A DNA stretch of 39,513 nt, taken from a virus. Lineage: Duplodnaviria > Caudoviricetes. Location: positions 1 through 39,513 of the IMG/VR virus record IMGVR_UViG_3300020414_000324. One strand, written 5' to 3'. Numbering within the stretch: the stretch's first letter is position 1; each line of letters starts with the position of its first letter. This document shows, one piece after another, positions 1-7,728 of this stretch. Under the pieces are notes generated by a model. That model saw nothing but the letters and a program-made list of their open reading frames with translations, had not been told where the DNA came from and did not search any database. The position numbers and the translations under genes were made by a program.

Positions 1-139
1 TACCAGAGTCTTTGAAGTTTGCTTTACCAGACTTGATAGTCTTGTTTTTCTTAGACCAATAATTTGCATATTTGTTTGCATAATCATGACCCATGATTTT
101 TAGTGCAGCTTGATATGCATCTGTTGAATTAGTAAACAT
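1..139 (-). CDS. hypothetical early protein, 3'-truncated by window edge
   Basis: ATG at 139 overlaps TAA of the upstream ORF (TAATG); frame open to position 1 (MFTNSTDAYQAALKIMGHDY...). Confidence 0.6.
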   Translation of the reverse strand, partial: MFTNSTDAYQAALKIMGHDYANKYANYWSKKNKTIKSGKANFKDSG

Positions 140-438
140 TATGCTAACGCCTTTCCTTTAAAACCAAACTTAATCATAGCGTCTAAAGGACTAGTCTTAC
201 CAGACCAATACATATAATCCTCGACACTCACACCACTTTTGACTAGGAAGTTAATCCAAGTCTTGTATGGTTTACGATACTTGAACCGAGCAACAAAAGC
301 AGGTTTGTTCTTACCTACCCAACTAGGGTGGCAGTTAGGATTAACAGTTTCCATCTTAACAGAACCAGCAAAATCACCTTTGTACATGAGATACATACCA
401 TCCCAAGTAAACATTTCTTTTTCAAACTTCGTATTCAT
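139..438 (-). CDS. hypothetical early protein
   Basis: 99 aa ORF, GAGG RBS upstream, part of a tightly packed early operon. Confidence 0.75.
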   Translation of the reverse strand: MNTKFEKEMFTWDGMYLMYKGDFAGSVKMETVNPNCHPSWVGKNKPAFVARFKYRKPYKTWINFLVKSGVSVEDYMYWSGKTSPLDAMIKFGFKGKALA

Positions 439-440
439 GA

Positions 441-683
441 TTAACCTCGCATCTCAACAGCGTTATTCCAAAGGTCTTTCGCACCGTCATGGTGGTCAAA
501 CCCATACTCATCAGCAAAGTCCATAGAACTTGTGAACATCACTTCACCAAAAATCTTTTTGGTATCTAGGATATATGCAAGCATCTTAGGTGTCTTTGCA
601 AACCCAACTTGATTACCAGCACCGATAAAAACACCGATACCACCGTCTTGGGCATCAATAAAAACTGTTTCTTGAATAGTCAT
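441..683 (-). CDS. hypothetical early protein
   Basis: ATG at 683 preceded by AAAGGA; preferred over the TTG start at 701. Confidence 0.75.
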   Translation of the reverse strand: MTIQETVFIDAQDGGIGVFIGAGNQVGFAKTPKMLAYILDTKKIFGEVMFTSSMDFADEYGFDHHDGAKDLWNNAVEMRG

Positions 684-711
684 TTGTTTCCTTTCTCTCA
701 ATTACATATAT

Positions 712-740
712 ACAATACCAAATAAAAAAGGACTTGTCAA
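712..740 (-). promoter_or_regulatory. sigma70-type early promoter
   Basis: TTGACA-17bp-TATTGT on minus strand. Confidence 0.8.
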
Positions 741-800
741 GTCTCCTTGCAAGTCCTTGTTATTAAAACATTTTTTGAGGTGTGTTTTTAAGTGATTTTT

Positions 801-832
801 GCGAATCGGTGCGAATCGCAGAGGTGATTCGC
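801..832. repeat. cluster of three YGAKTCG (GANTC-containing) motifs; 17-bp repeat shared with 25298-25314
   Basis: gcgaatcggtgcgaatcgcagaggtgattcgc; exact gcgaatcggtgcgaatc at 801-817 and 25298-25314. Confidence 0.75.
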
Positions 833-1506
833 TATCTTCTTTTCTTACTTAATTCATTCGCAATCCACCGTTTTGCTTGTGGTTTTGTAACTTTACCTTT
901 GACCAACCCACGAATTCGTTTGGTACACTCTGCAAACAAATCACCATCACTAATATCTTCATTATTATCTACAATAATAAAATTCTTAGTACCAAATACT
1001 CTTTGGAAACCACCAATATTTCTTTGTACTGCGTTCCACATTGCTTCAACTGCTTTTGGTTGTAGTTTTCTCTTTCTCTTCATATTACGTTCTTGTGCAA
1101 TATCAAGAGAGGTGTTTACAAATATCATGTAACAATCATAACCAATTTGGTCTAGTAATTGTTTTTGTCTACTAATCTTACCAACGTCTTTTCCAGTTCC
1201 GTCAATGATAATACCAAGTCTACCGTCAACCCATAAACTTTGTCTTTTAGCAGTCTTTTCTTTTGACCTAACACGAATATCTTGACCCTCATCAGAAAAT
1301 ATGTCTTCTGGATTACCAGCGTCTAGACCTGCCTTTTCCAAATCTTTCTCATAGATGTCATCACTATTAACAATCTTTAAACCAAGACCACCAGTTGTCG
1401 TTCTTACAACGAATGATTTACCAGACCCTGGCCCACCTGCTAGAAATACTGCTTTAAATATATTGGGGTCGTAAACTCCCTCTTGTATTTGTTGGTATGT
1501 TTTCAT
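832..1506 (-). CDS. P-loop kinase (zeta-toxin/AAA_33-like)
   Basis: Walker A GGPGSGKS, IVNSDD and IIIDGTG motifs; N-terminus MKTYQQIQE resembles the T4 capsid-targeting sequence. Confidence 0.75.
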   Translation of the reverse strand: MKTYQQIQEGVYDPNIFKAVFLAGGPGSGKSFVVRTTTGGLGLKIVNSDDIYEKDLEKAGLDAGNPEDIFSDEGQDIRVRSKEKTAKRQSLWVDGRLGIIIDGTGKDVGKISRQKQLLDQIGYDCYMIFVNTSLDIAQERNMKRKRKLQPKAVEAMWNAVQRNIGGFQRVFGTKNFIIVDNNEDISDGDLFAECTKRIRGLVKGKVTKPQAKRWIANELSKKRR

Positions 1507-1624
1507 CTTTTTTCCTTAACAACTCTTTAATCATATTTATTTGTTCTTCAGTCATTACTTCAATCCTTCTGTCTTGTCTTTGCAGTTGATATTTTCTCAG
1601 TTTAATTTTGTTTGTCGATTTCAT
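1454..1624 (-). CDS. small hypothetical protein (56 aa, not in ORF track)
   Basis: MKSTNKIKLRKYQLQRQDRR...; AAGGA RBS; overlaps start of the kinase gene. Confidence 0.5.
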   Translation of the reverse strand: MKSTNKIKLRKYQLQRQDRRIEVMTEEQINMIKELLRKKDENIPTNTRGSLRPQYI

Positions 1625-1683
1625 GTTTTAATCCTTATAAAATTAGAAGTTGAATCATAACGAAATTGAGTTGTTTCTCCTTT

Positions 1684-3063
1684 CTATAGCACTATTTCTT
1701 CTGGTTTAGATTTGTTCTCATAAGACACACTTGCATTTGGATACTGATTAATTGTGCTATCCTTAATTACAGTCATTAACATTGTATGCTTTGTTTCTTT
1801 ATCCTCAACAAAGTCATGTCTAATTTTGGTTATGAGAAATTTACCAGAAAGGTTTGGGTCGTTTTTTCTATCAGTCACAGATGATGATGCTCCAATAGTA
1901 ATATCAATGGTGTCCCCTGCTTGTAAAAAAGTATTGCCTGGCACTTCAATATTTAGTGAAATACCATTCTGTAATTGTCTTAATCTGGACTGTCTACGAG
2001 AAATAATTTGACCTAAACTATCTGAACCGAAAGAGTAATTACCATTTTCTTCAAAACCTCTACCACTAGATGTTGTGGTAACAAAGTTGATTGTGTCTTG
2101 ATAATCACTAATACTTTTTGTAGTAATTGTATCAACTGATTGAGAAGCAAGAGGTTGTGAATTCAAATGTGTATCTTTGTCAAATTCTTTGTGATAATTA
2201 TATCTTCTTGTCGATACTGATTTATTATACAAATCATGAATAGTATGTTTAGAACCATACATACCATGAAATGAGTTACCAATAATATCTCTTGGCGTAT
2301 TGACTGTATAGTTACTAATTGATGTAAGATTGTTTACAACATCTTTTTGTCCAGACTTATCATCAATCGCATCTGGTGTGGTTTCTGCATAACTCAATTT
2401 TGGTTGTTGACTACACATACCGTCAACAGTCCTATAATTAAATCCTTTGGTGGTCTCGTAGAAAAGATAACTAGGTGACGAATTAAAGTTCTTTGACTTA
2501 GACTGTCTGGTTAATAACTTAATTGCTTGAAACGGTTTCATGTTTGGAAATACAATCTTTTTAGTGCCGACTGTTTCCTCTACGTTCAGTTTTTTGGTAG
2601 ACCTCAAATATCTATCATCTCTAAAAATCTTCTTTACGATTTCAGAACACTTTCCAGTATAACTTTTTGATATGAGTGCTGTAGAATTATAAAATGCTTC
2701 TTGAGATGTGAAATGAAATGTTACAATCGCTGCCTTTTCACCCTCACCCATTTGTGTACCGATTTTGTACAGTAATAATGGTGTCTTTGTGAAATCAATA
2801 GTTGTTTCTTGTGTTTTATTTGCTTGTGGTGTAACTAACTTGAGTAGTAGTTTTTCTTCACCAATGATAGGCCCATTGTTTACTAAATCGGTAGTGTCTG
2901 CAATTGTGATTACACCAGAGATAGATTCTGTAAAAATGTTCTCGAAAATTGTAATACCTTGAACAACATTATTAATCGTAAATTCCATACCACTTGTGGT
3001 TAGAATTTTACAAGTTTCAATCTGGAATTCACCAGCAATTTGAAGACTGTTTTGTTCTGACAT
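1684..3063 (-). CDS. putative baseplate hub protein (gp27-like)
   Basis: 459 aa, directly downstream of gp53; C-terminal IEVPGN...LSGKFLITKIRH typical of hub/tail proteins. Confidence 0.6.
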   Translation of the reverse strand: MSEQNSLQIAGEFQIETCKILTTSGMEFTINNVVQGITIFENIFTESISGVITIADTTDLVNNGPIIGEEKLLLKLVTPQANKTQETTIDFTKTPLLLYKIGTQMGEGEKAAIVTFHFTSQEAFYNSTALISKSYTGKCSEIVKKIFRDDRYLRSTKKLNVEETVGTKKIVFPNMKPFQAIKLLTRQSKSKNFNSSPSYLFYETTKGFNYRTVDGMCSQQPKLSYAETTPDAIDDKSGQKDVVNNLTSISNYTVNTPRDIIGNSFHGMYGSKHTIHDLYNKSVSTRRYNYHKEFDKDTHLNSQPLASQSVDTITTKSISDYQDTINFVTTTSSGRGFEENGNYSFGSDSLGQIISRRQSRLRQLQNGISLNIEVPGNTFLQAGDTIDITIGASSSVTDRKNDPNLSGKFLITKIRHDFVEDKETKHTMLMTVIKDSTINQYPNASVSYENKSKPEEIVL

Positions 3064-3590
3064 TACAATATCTCGTCAATTTTATTTTCAAACTCTTCCA
3101 CAATTGTAGGAATAAACCTTGGTTGTATTAATCTTATTTGTCTTTTCTTCTCTTGTAGTCTATCTTCATAGGTGTAGTTAGAAATAGGTGTTGCACTTGG
3201 GTATTCAACCGTATTCATTCCAACATCTATAGTTTCTGTTGTATCACCAGATGTCTGTGTAATTTCGTAGTGATGTATCGCTTGTGGGTTTGCATATTTC
3301 TCTTTTACAAATTCTTCAAACCTCTGAACACTCATAGGCCAATCTTCATAATAGTCAACAATATTATTTGCAAGGAATATAGTCCAATGCAATTCAACAT
3401 CATCATAATACTTGTATGCAATCATCTCTGGTGTTTCACCATCTTTTACATCATAGTAATCGAAATCAAATGCATCATCTCTCATGTCTGTTCTTAGAAC
3501 AAGTCTTGTCAATAAATTTGTTTGTAGTGTTTCTTTACCATCACCTTTGTTGTCGTAAAACAGTTTTGGAAACATTTCAAAATATGCCAT
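3063..3590 (-). CDS. gp53: baseplate wedge subunit gp53
   Basis: YDVKDGETPEMIAYKYY..LHWTIFLAN...DWP LysM-like signature; synteny with gp48. Confidence 0.9.
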   Translation of the reverse strand: MAYFEMFPKLFYDNKGDGKETLQTNLLTRLVLRTDMRDDAFDFDYYDVKDGETPEMIAYKYYDDVELHWTIFLANNIVDYYEDWPMSVQRFEEFVKEKYANPQAIHHYEITQTSGDTTETIDVGMNTVEYPSATPISNYTYEDRLQEKKRQIRLIQPRFIPTIVEEFENKIDEIL

Positions 3591-4729
3591 TAGTATCCTG
3601 CTCCAATTCTCTCTCTGGTGATAATTTCTAGTTCTTTGAAATTAAGAGTAATGTTTGTTTGAACTGGTGGAGCGCCACCGTCTGTTGGTCTAAAAAATGT
3701 AGTTCTCTCACCACCATATGTAATATCACAACTTGTCAATACAGAAGTAGATATTTTGTTTAGGAAATTGTTTTCTCCACCACCTATTAGTCTATATTCA
3801 ATGTCAAACGTAGCAGGAACAATAAAAGTTCTTGATGTATTCGCTTCACCCTCAAAACTTGGCGCCATGTAAAATCTAAACATCTGACAAATTTCTCTGA
3901 TACTTTTTGCTTCTGATTCTGATTTAGGCATCATGGTAAACTGAAAACTAAATGTCCTTCTAGGAACACCTTTAAAAACCATCTCCATACGATTACTAAA
4001 AACTCTACCATGTGATATTTCTGCAAGTGCTTTAGCGCCAGGCATTATTGTGTCTAATGAAGTTTTTGCCACTTCACCAGCAGTTGTAGCAATATCACCT
4101 TTAATCGCACCAAATGAATCTGCAAAAGAACCACTCTTTGCAAACTCATCAGAAAATGCAGCCAACATTTTTGCAAGACCACCAATATCTGGTTCTGAAT
4201 AGTCTGCTGTCTGGTTAACACCTACAGTTGCAGGCATATACAAACAAATAGAACTTGCAAGTCTTTTTGTTGGCGCTCTCTTTACACTTACTGTAGAACC
4301 AGAATTGTCTGGTTGTTTAGTTGCTACATCATTTTCATTTAAATACGGCCCTTTTGCAAAAACTGGTTCTTCTCTAACAGAAGTTTGTGGCCCAAGTCCG
4401 CCTTGTTGTGTTGTTTCTTTTACTTTTCTTGTACCTACTCGTTGTAATTTTTCACCAGTTGTGCCAAATCTTACATTAGCGTGTTCTTGTTCGTTGATAA
4501 AGAATTGAATATAATGTCCTTGTCCAGAACTTCCTAAGTCTTCTGGATAAATGACATGGGTGTTATCGAATGGGTTTTTACTAAGTGATGCTTGTGAAGC
4601 ACCAAGAACACCACCAGCATTTTTAGGTAGACCACTACCCAAACTACTTAATTGTCCTAACGCACCTTGTATCTTATTAGTTGCACGATTAACTGCAACA
4701 TTTTTTATCTCTTTTAGAAATCCACGCAT
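3590..4729 (-). CDS. gp48: baseplate tail-tube cap gp48
   Basis: ICLYMP, FKGVPRRTFSFQFTMMPKS.SEA, LNFKELEIITRE motifs. Confidence 0.85.
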   Translation of the reverse strand: MRGFLKEIKNVAVNRATNKIQGALGQLSSLGSGLPKNAGGVLGASQASLSKNPFDNTHVIYPEDLGSSGQGHYIQFFINEQEHANVRFGTTGEKLQRVGTRKVKETTQQGGLGPQTSVREEPVFAKGPYLNENDVATKQPDNSGSTVSVKRAPTKRLASSICLYMPATVGVNQTADYSEPDIGGLAKMLAAFSDEFAKSGSFADSFGAIKGDIATTAGEVAKTSLDTIMPGAKALAEISHGRVFSNRMEMVFKGVPRRTFSFQFTMMPKSESEAKSIREICQMFRFYMAPSFEGEANTSRTFIVPATFDIEYRLIGGGENNFLNKISTSVLTSCDITYGGERTTFFRPTDGGAPPVQTNITLNFKELEIITRERIGAGY

Positions 4730-4732
4730 CTG

Positions 4733-4761
4733 TATAAATATCCTTACTACATAGTATTTAG
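4733..4761. promoter_or_regulatory. overlapping late promoters for the divergent gp4 and gp48 genes
   Basis: TATAAATA on + at 4733-4740 (gp4); CTAAATA variant on - at 4755-4761 (gp48). Confidence 0.7.
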
Positions 4762-4771
4762 GTGAAACATT

Positions 4772-5206
4772 ATGGCATATCGTGGAAGATACATACCAAC
4801 GTACCCAAAAAAGTATAAGGGCGACCCCTCTAATATTATTTATCGGTCTTTATGGGAAAGAAAGTTCATGGTATATTGTGATAGAAATGATAGAATTTTA
4901 GAATGGGGTTCTGAAGAATTCTTTATTCCATACCGTTCTCCATTAGATGGAAAAATACATAGATATTTCCCAGACTTTTACGTTAAAGTAAAAACAAAAC
5001 AAAATACAATCAAAAAATGGGTTGTTGAGGTCAAACCAAAAGCACAGACCAGACCACCCAGAACACCCAAAAGAAAAACAAAAAAATATATTACAGAAGT
5101 CCGTAACTATGCAATCAATGATGCAAAGTGGAAAAATGCTATTGAGTATTGTAAAGATAGAAATATGGAATTTATTATCATAACAGAAGATGAACTAGGA
5201 ATATAA
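4772..5206 (+). CDS. gp4: head completion nuclease gp4
   Basis: KYKGDPSNIIYRSLWERKFM..CD, WGSEE, HRYFPDF, VEVKP. Confidence 0.92.
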   Translation: MAYRGRYIPTYPKKYKGDPSNIIYRSLWERKFMVYCDRNDRILEWGSEEFFIPYRSPLDGKIHRYFPDFYVKVKTKQNTIKKWVVEVKPKAQTRPPRTPKRKTKKYITEVRNYAINDAKWKNAIEYCKDRNMEFIIITEDELGI

Positions 5207-5209
5207 ATA
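5202..5209 (+). promoter_or_regulatory. T4-type late promoter
   Basis: TATAAATA ending 5 nt before the gp2 ATG. Confidence 0.75.
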
Positions 5210-5214
5210 ATATT

Positions 5215-5736
5215 ATGGCAGAAGAAACTTACTTTGATAAAATATCGAAACAAATAAAAACTGGTAACGAACCATATAGATGGTATCGTAATCGGATAAA
5301 AGAACTTGGAACACCATCTGTTCCAGAGTTGTTACGTTCTGGTAAACTTAATAACAAACCTCACCCAAAACACCTAAATATGTTTGTGTACTCACCAAAA
5401 GGTGCAAGGAAGTTACCCTACTACGATACTTTTCCATTGGTCATGTATCTAAAAAGTGCAGAGGGTGGTTTCTACGGTTTGAATTTTCATTATTTACCGT
5501 ATGCATTAAGAGCAAGGCTTTTAGATGCTGCTGGTCAAGATGAATTAAGTGTGAGTGCAGTAGAGGGTAATAGTCTGACTAGACCTACGATTAAAAGATA
5601 TCTGTATGGTTATGCAAGGTCTATGTTTAGGAAAATTGATAATGAGGATAATTTAACTGCGATTATGTTACCAGTACAGAGATTTAAGAAAGCATCAGAT
5701 ACACAAGTCTGGTCTGATTCAAGGAAGATGTTGTAA
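5215..5736 (+). CDS. gp2: DNA end protector gp2
   Basis: MFVYSPK..KLPYYDTFPLV, GFYGLNFHYLP, IKRYL. Confidence 0.9.
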   Translation: MAEETYFDKISKQIKTGNEPYRWYRNRIKELGTPSVPELLRSGKLNNKPHPKHLNMFVYSPKGARKLPYYDTFPLVMYLKSAEGGFYGLNFHYLPYALRARLLDAAGQDELSVSAVEGNSLTRPTIKRYLYGYARSMFRKIDNEDNLTAIMLPVQRFKKASDTQVWSDSRKML

Positions 5737-6476
5737 TGCCTTTAAACTTTAGTCAATTACTTGGTGGAGCAGCGTTTAGTTCGTTAAACGCAATATTAGG
5801 TCATAATGCGTCAAGAGATGGATATTCAAGACCTAATCGTTTTGAAGTTATCATAACATTACCAGCAGGAGTTTCTGGTGCATCATCTCAAGGTGCAGGC
5901 GACTCTGCACTTGCATCAAACTTAGCAGCACTTAGGTCTGGTGAGACTGCAAGAAGAATATCTTTTCGTTGTAACACAATATCAATGCCAGACAGAAGTT
6001 TAAGAACTGTTGTCAACTCTAACATCTATGGCCCTACTCATGATATTGTACAAGGTCAAACTTATGCAACCGTAAGTGCATCATTCTATTTAAGTTCAGA
6101 TATGGCAGAAAGATACTTTTTTGAAGAATGGCAAAAGGCAACATTTAATACAGACACATATGATATAAATTACTACAAAGAATATATTGGTTCAGTTGAT
6201 ATATTTGCTCTAAATGAAAAAGACGAAAGACAGTATGGAATAAGATTAGAGGAGTGTTTTCCAGATACTATTGGTGGTGTGGCGTTCAGTCATGAAAAGG
6301 CAACATCAGTCAATACATTTACTGTAAGTTTTAAATTTAGATATTTTAGGAATCTTGGGACTGAACCATCATCAGATAAAGAACCACTTGAAAGTACACT
6401 ATCAGATATATTGAAAAATAGTGTAGTCAGACAAGTGCAATCTAGGATTCCAAGAGTGTTGAGGCGACTATTTTAA
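5736..6476 (+). CDS. gp54: baseplate tail-tube initiator (gp54/gp19-like)
   Basis: SRPNRFEV, ERYFFEEWQ, LEECFP, FTVSFKFR tail-tube fold motifs; synteny. Confidence 0.7.
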   Translation: MPLNFSQLLGGAAFSSLNAILGHNASRDGYSRPNRFEVIITLPAGVSGASSQGAGDSALASNLAALRSGETARRISFRCNTISMPDRSLRTVVNSNIYGPTHDIVQGQTYATVSASFYLSSDMAERYFFEEWQKATFNTDTYDINYYKEYIGSVDIFALNEKDERQYGIRLEECFPDTIGGVAFSHEKATSVNTFTVSFKFRYFRNLGTEPSSDKEPLESTLSDILKNSVVRQVQSRIPRVLRRLF

Positions 6477-6498
6477 TTATTAATTAGGAGAACATATA

Positions 6499-7200
6499 AT
6501 GGCGTTACCACAAATTAAGACTCCAACTTATGAGTTGGAAGTTCCTTCTACTGGTTTAAAAATTACATACAGACCGTTTTTAGTAAAGGAACAAAAGATA
6601 TTAATGATTGCACAAGAACAAGGGGGTGAGAAAGCACTTCTGAAAGCAGTCGGAAATATTATTAAAGATTGTACGAATGGAACAATTGAAAATCCAGAAG
6701 AGTTATCTACTTTTGACATGGAATATATCTTCCTTGCAATTAGAGGTAAATCAGTTGGTGATAAAGTAGAATTAAATTTACTATGTCCAGATGATGAAAA
6801 AACTAGAGTAGTGACTGAAATTGATTTGTCTAAGGTAAAACCTACAAAGTCAAATCATGATGGCATCATTAAGATTAATGATACAATTGGTATGACAATG
6901 AAATATCCTACTGTTAAGGATTTAGTTAATTATGGTGGAGAAAAGTCTACTGTTAAAATGACTTTTGATATTATTGAATCTTGTACGGTAAATATTTTTG
7001 ATGAAAATGATGTATATGAGGATTTTACAACAAAAGAATTAAGAGATTTCTTTGACCAGTTAAGTACAGATAACTTTACAAAGATTGAAGAGTTCTTTGA
7101 TACTATGCCAAAATTAAGTCATACTGTAAAAGTGAAGAATCCTAATACTGGAGTTGAAAGTGATATCGTACTTGAAGGACTGCAAAGTTTTTTAGGGTAG
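6499..7200 (+). CDS. gp26: baseplate hub assembly protein gp26
   Basis: MALPQIKTPTYEL, YRPFLVKEQKIL, FDMEYIFLAIRGKSVG, FFDTMPKLSH, LEGLQSF. Confidence 0.88.
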   Translation: MALPQIKTPTYELEVPSTGLKITYRPFLVKEQKILMIAQEQGGEKALLKAVGNIIKDCTNGTIENPEELSTFDMEYIFLAIRGKSVGDKVELNLLCPDDEKTRVVTEIDLSKVKPTKSNHDGIIKINDTIGMTMKYPTVKDLVNYGGEKSTVKMTFDIIESCTVNIFDENDVYEDFTTKELRDFFDQLSTDNFTKIEEFFDTMPKLSHTVKVKNPNTGVESDIVLEGLQSFLG

Positions 7201-7388
7201 CCCTTTCACATGACAGTCTGGGAAACTACTACCAGACCAACTTTACTATGATGCAACATTTTAGTTATAGTTTAAGTGAGTTAGATGATATGTTACCGTG
7301 GGAAAGGGAAATATATGTAGGAATGTTAGATAAGTATATTAAAGAAGAGAATGAGAGACTCAAAAGAGAAAATCAAGGGAGAGGATAA
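7188..7388 (+). CDS. gp51: gp51-like hub assembly chaperone segment, probably reached by -1 frameshift from gp26 (not in ORF track)
   Basis: -1 frame reads FRVALSHDSLGNYYQTNFTMMQHFSYSLSELDDMLPWEREIYVGML...; first ATG only at 7248; slippery T TTT TTA at 7188-7194. Confidence 0.8.
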   Translation, partial: FFRVALSHDSLGNYYQTNFTMMQHFSYSLSELDDMLPWEREIYVGMLDKYIKEENERLKRENQGRG

Positions 7389-7389
7389 A

Positions 7390-7719
7390 ATGGCGGTTAA
7401 AACTGTTGACCCAGAAGTGGCGAAAAAAGATGTCAATGGTGATGGTCACATTTCTAAAGAAGAAATGGAGATGGATTTGGAATTTAAAAGAAAAGAACTT
7501 GAAGATGCAGATGCCCGTAGAGATGCAATGAGAAAGATGACATGGTTCGCATTGTTGGGTATGTTATTATATCCATTAGGAATATTAATTACATCAATGT
7601 TAGGTTATGAGGGAACTGCAAAGATTATTGGTGATATCGCACCAACATATTTTGTTGCAATCTCAGCATTAGTTGCAGCCTACTTTGGTGCAAATGCATA
7701 TGCAGACAAAAAGAAATAG
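7390..7719 (+). CDS. membrane protein with EF-hand-like loop and two TM helices (holin-like candidate)
   Basis: GAGG RBS before ATG 7390; DVNGDGHISKEE loop; two hydrophobic segments. Confidence 0.65.
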   Translation: MAVKTVDPEVAKKDVNGDGHISKEEMEMDLEFKRKELEDADARRDAMRKMTWFALLGMLLYPLGILITSMLGYEGTAKIIGDIAPTYFVAISALVAAYFGANAYADKKK

Positions 7720-7728
7720 GATAAAATC

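Noticed and set aside
832-1624. Zeta/epsilon toxin-antitoxin pair
   Set aside because: Only generic P-loop kinase motifs are visible, and the small upstream ORF is basic with no epsilon-like features
1625-1683. Orphan strong SD (AAAGGAG) after the hub gene and a 7-codon ORF MIQLLIL
   Set aside because: ATG is too far from the SD; no structure or other support
4772-5206. TnsA-like nuclease as a transposon
   Set aside because: Sequence and synteny (gp48/gp4/gp2) identify head completion protein gp4; no terminal repeats or transposase
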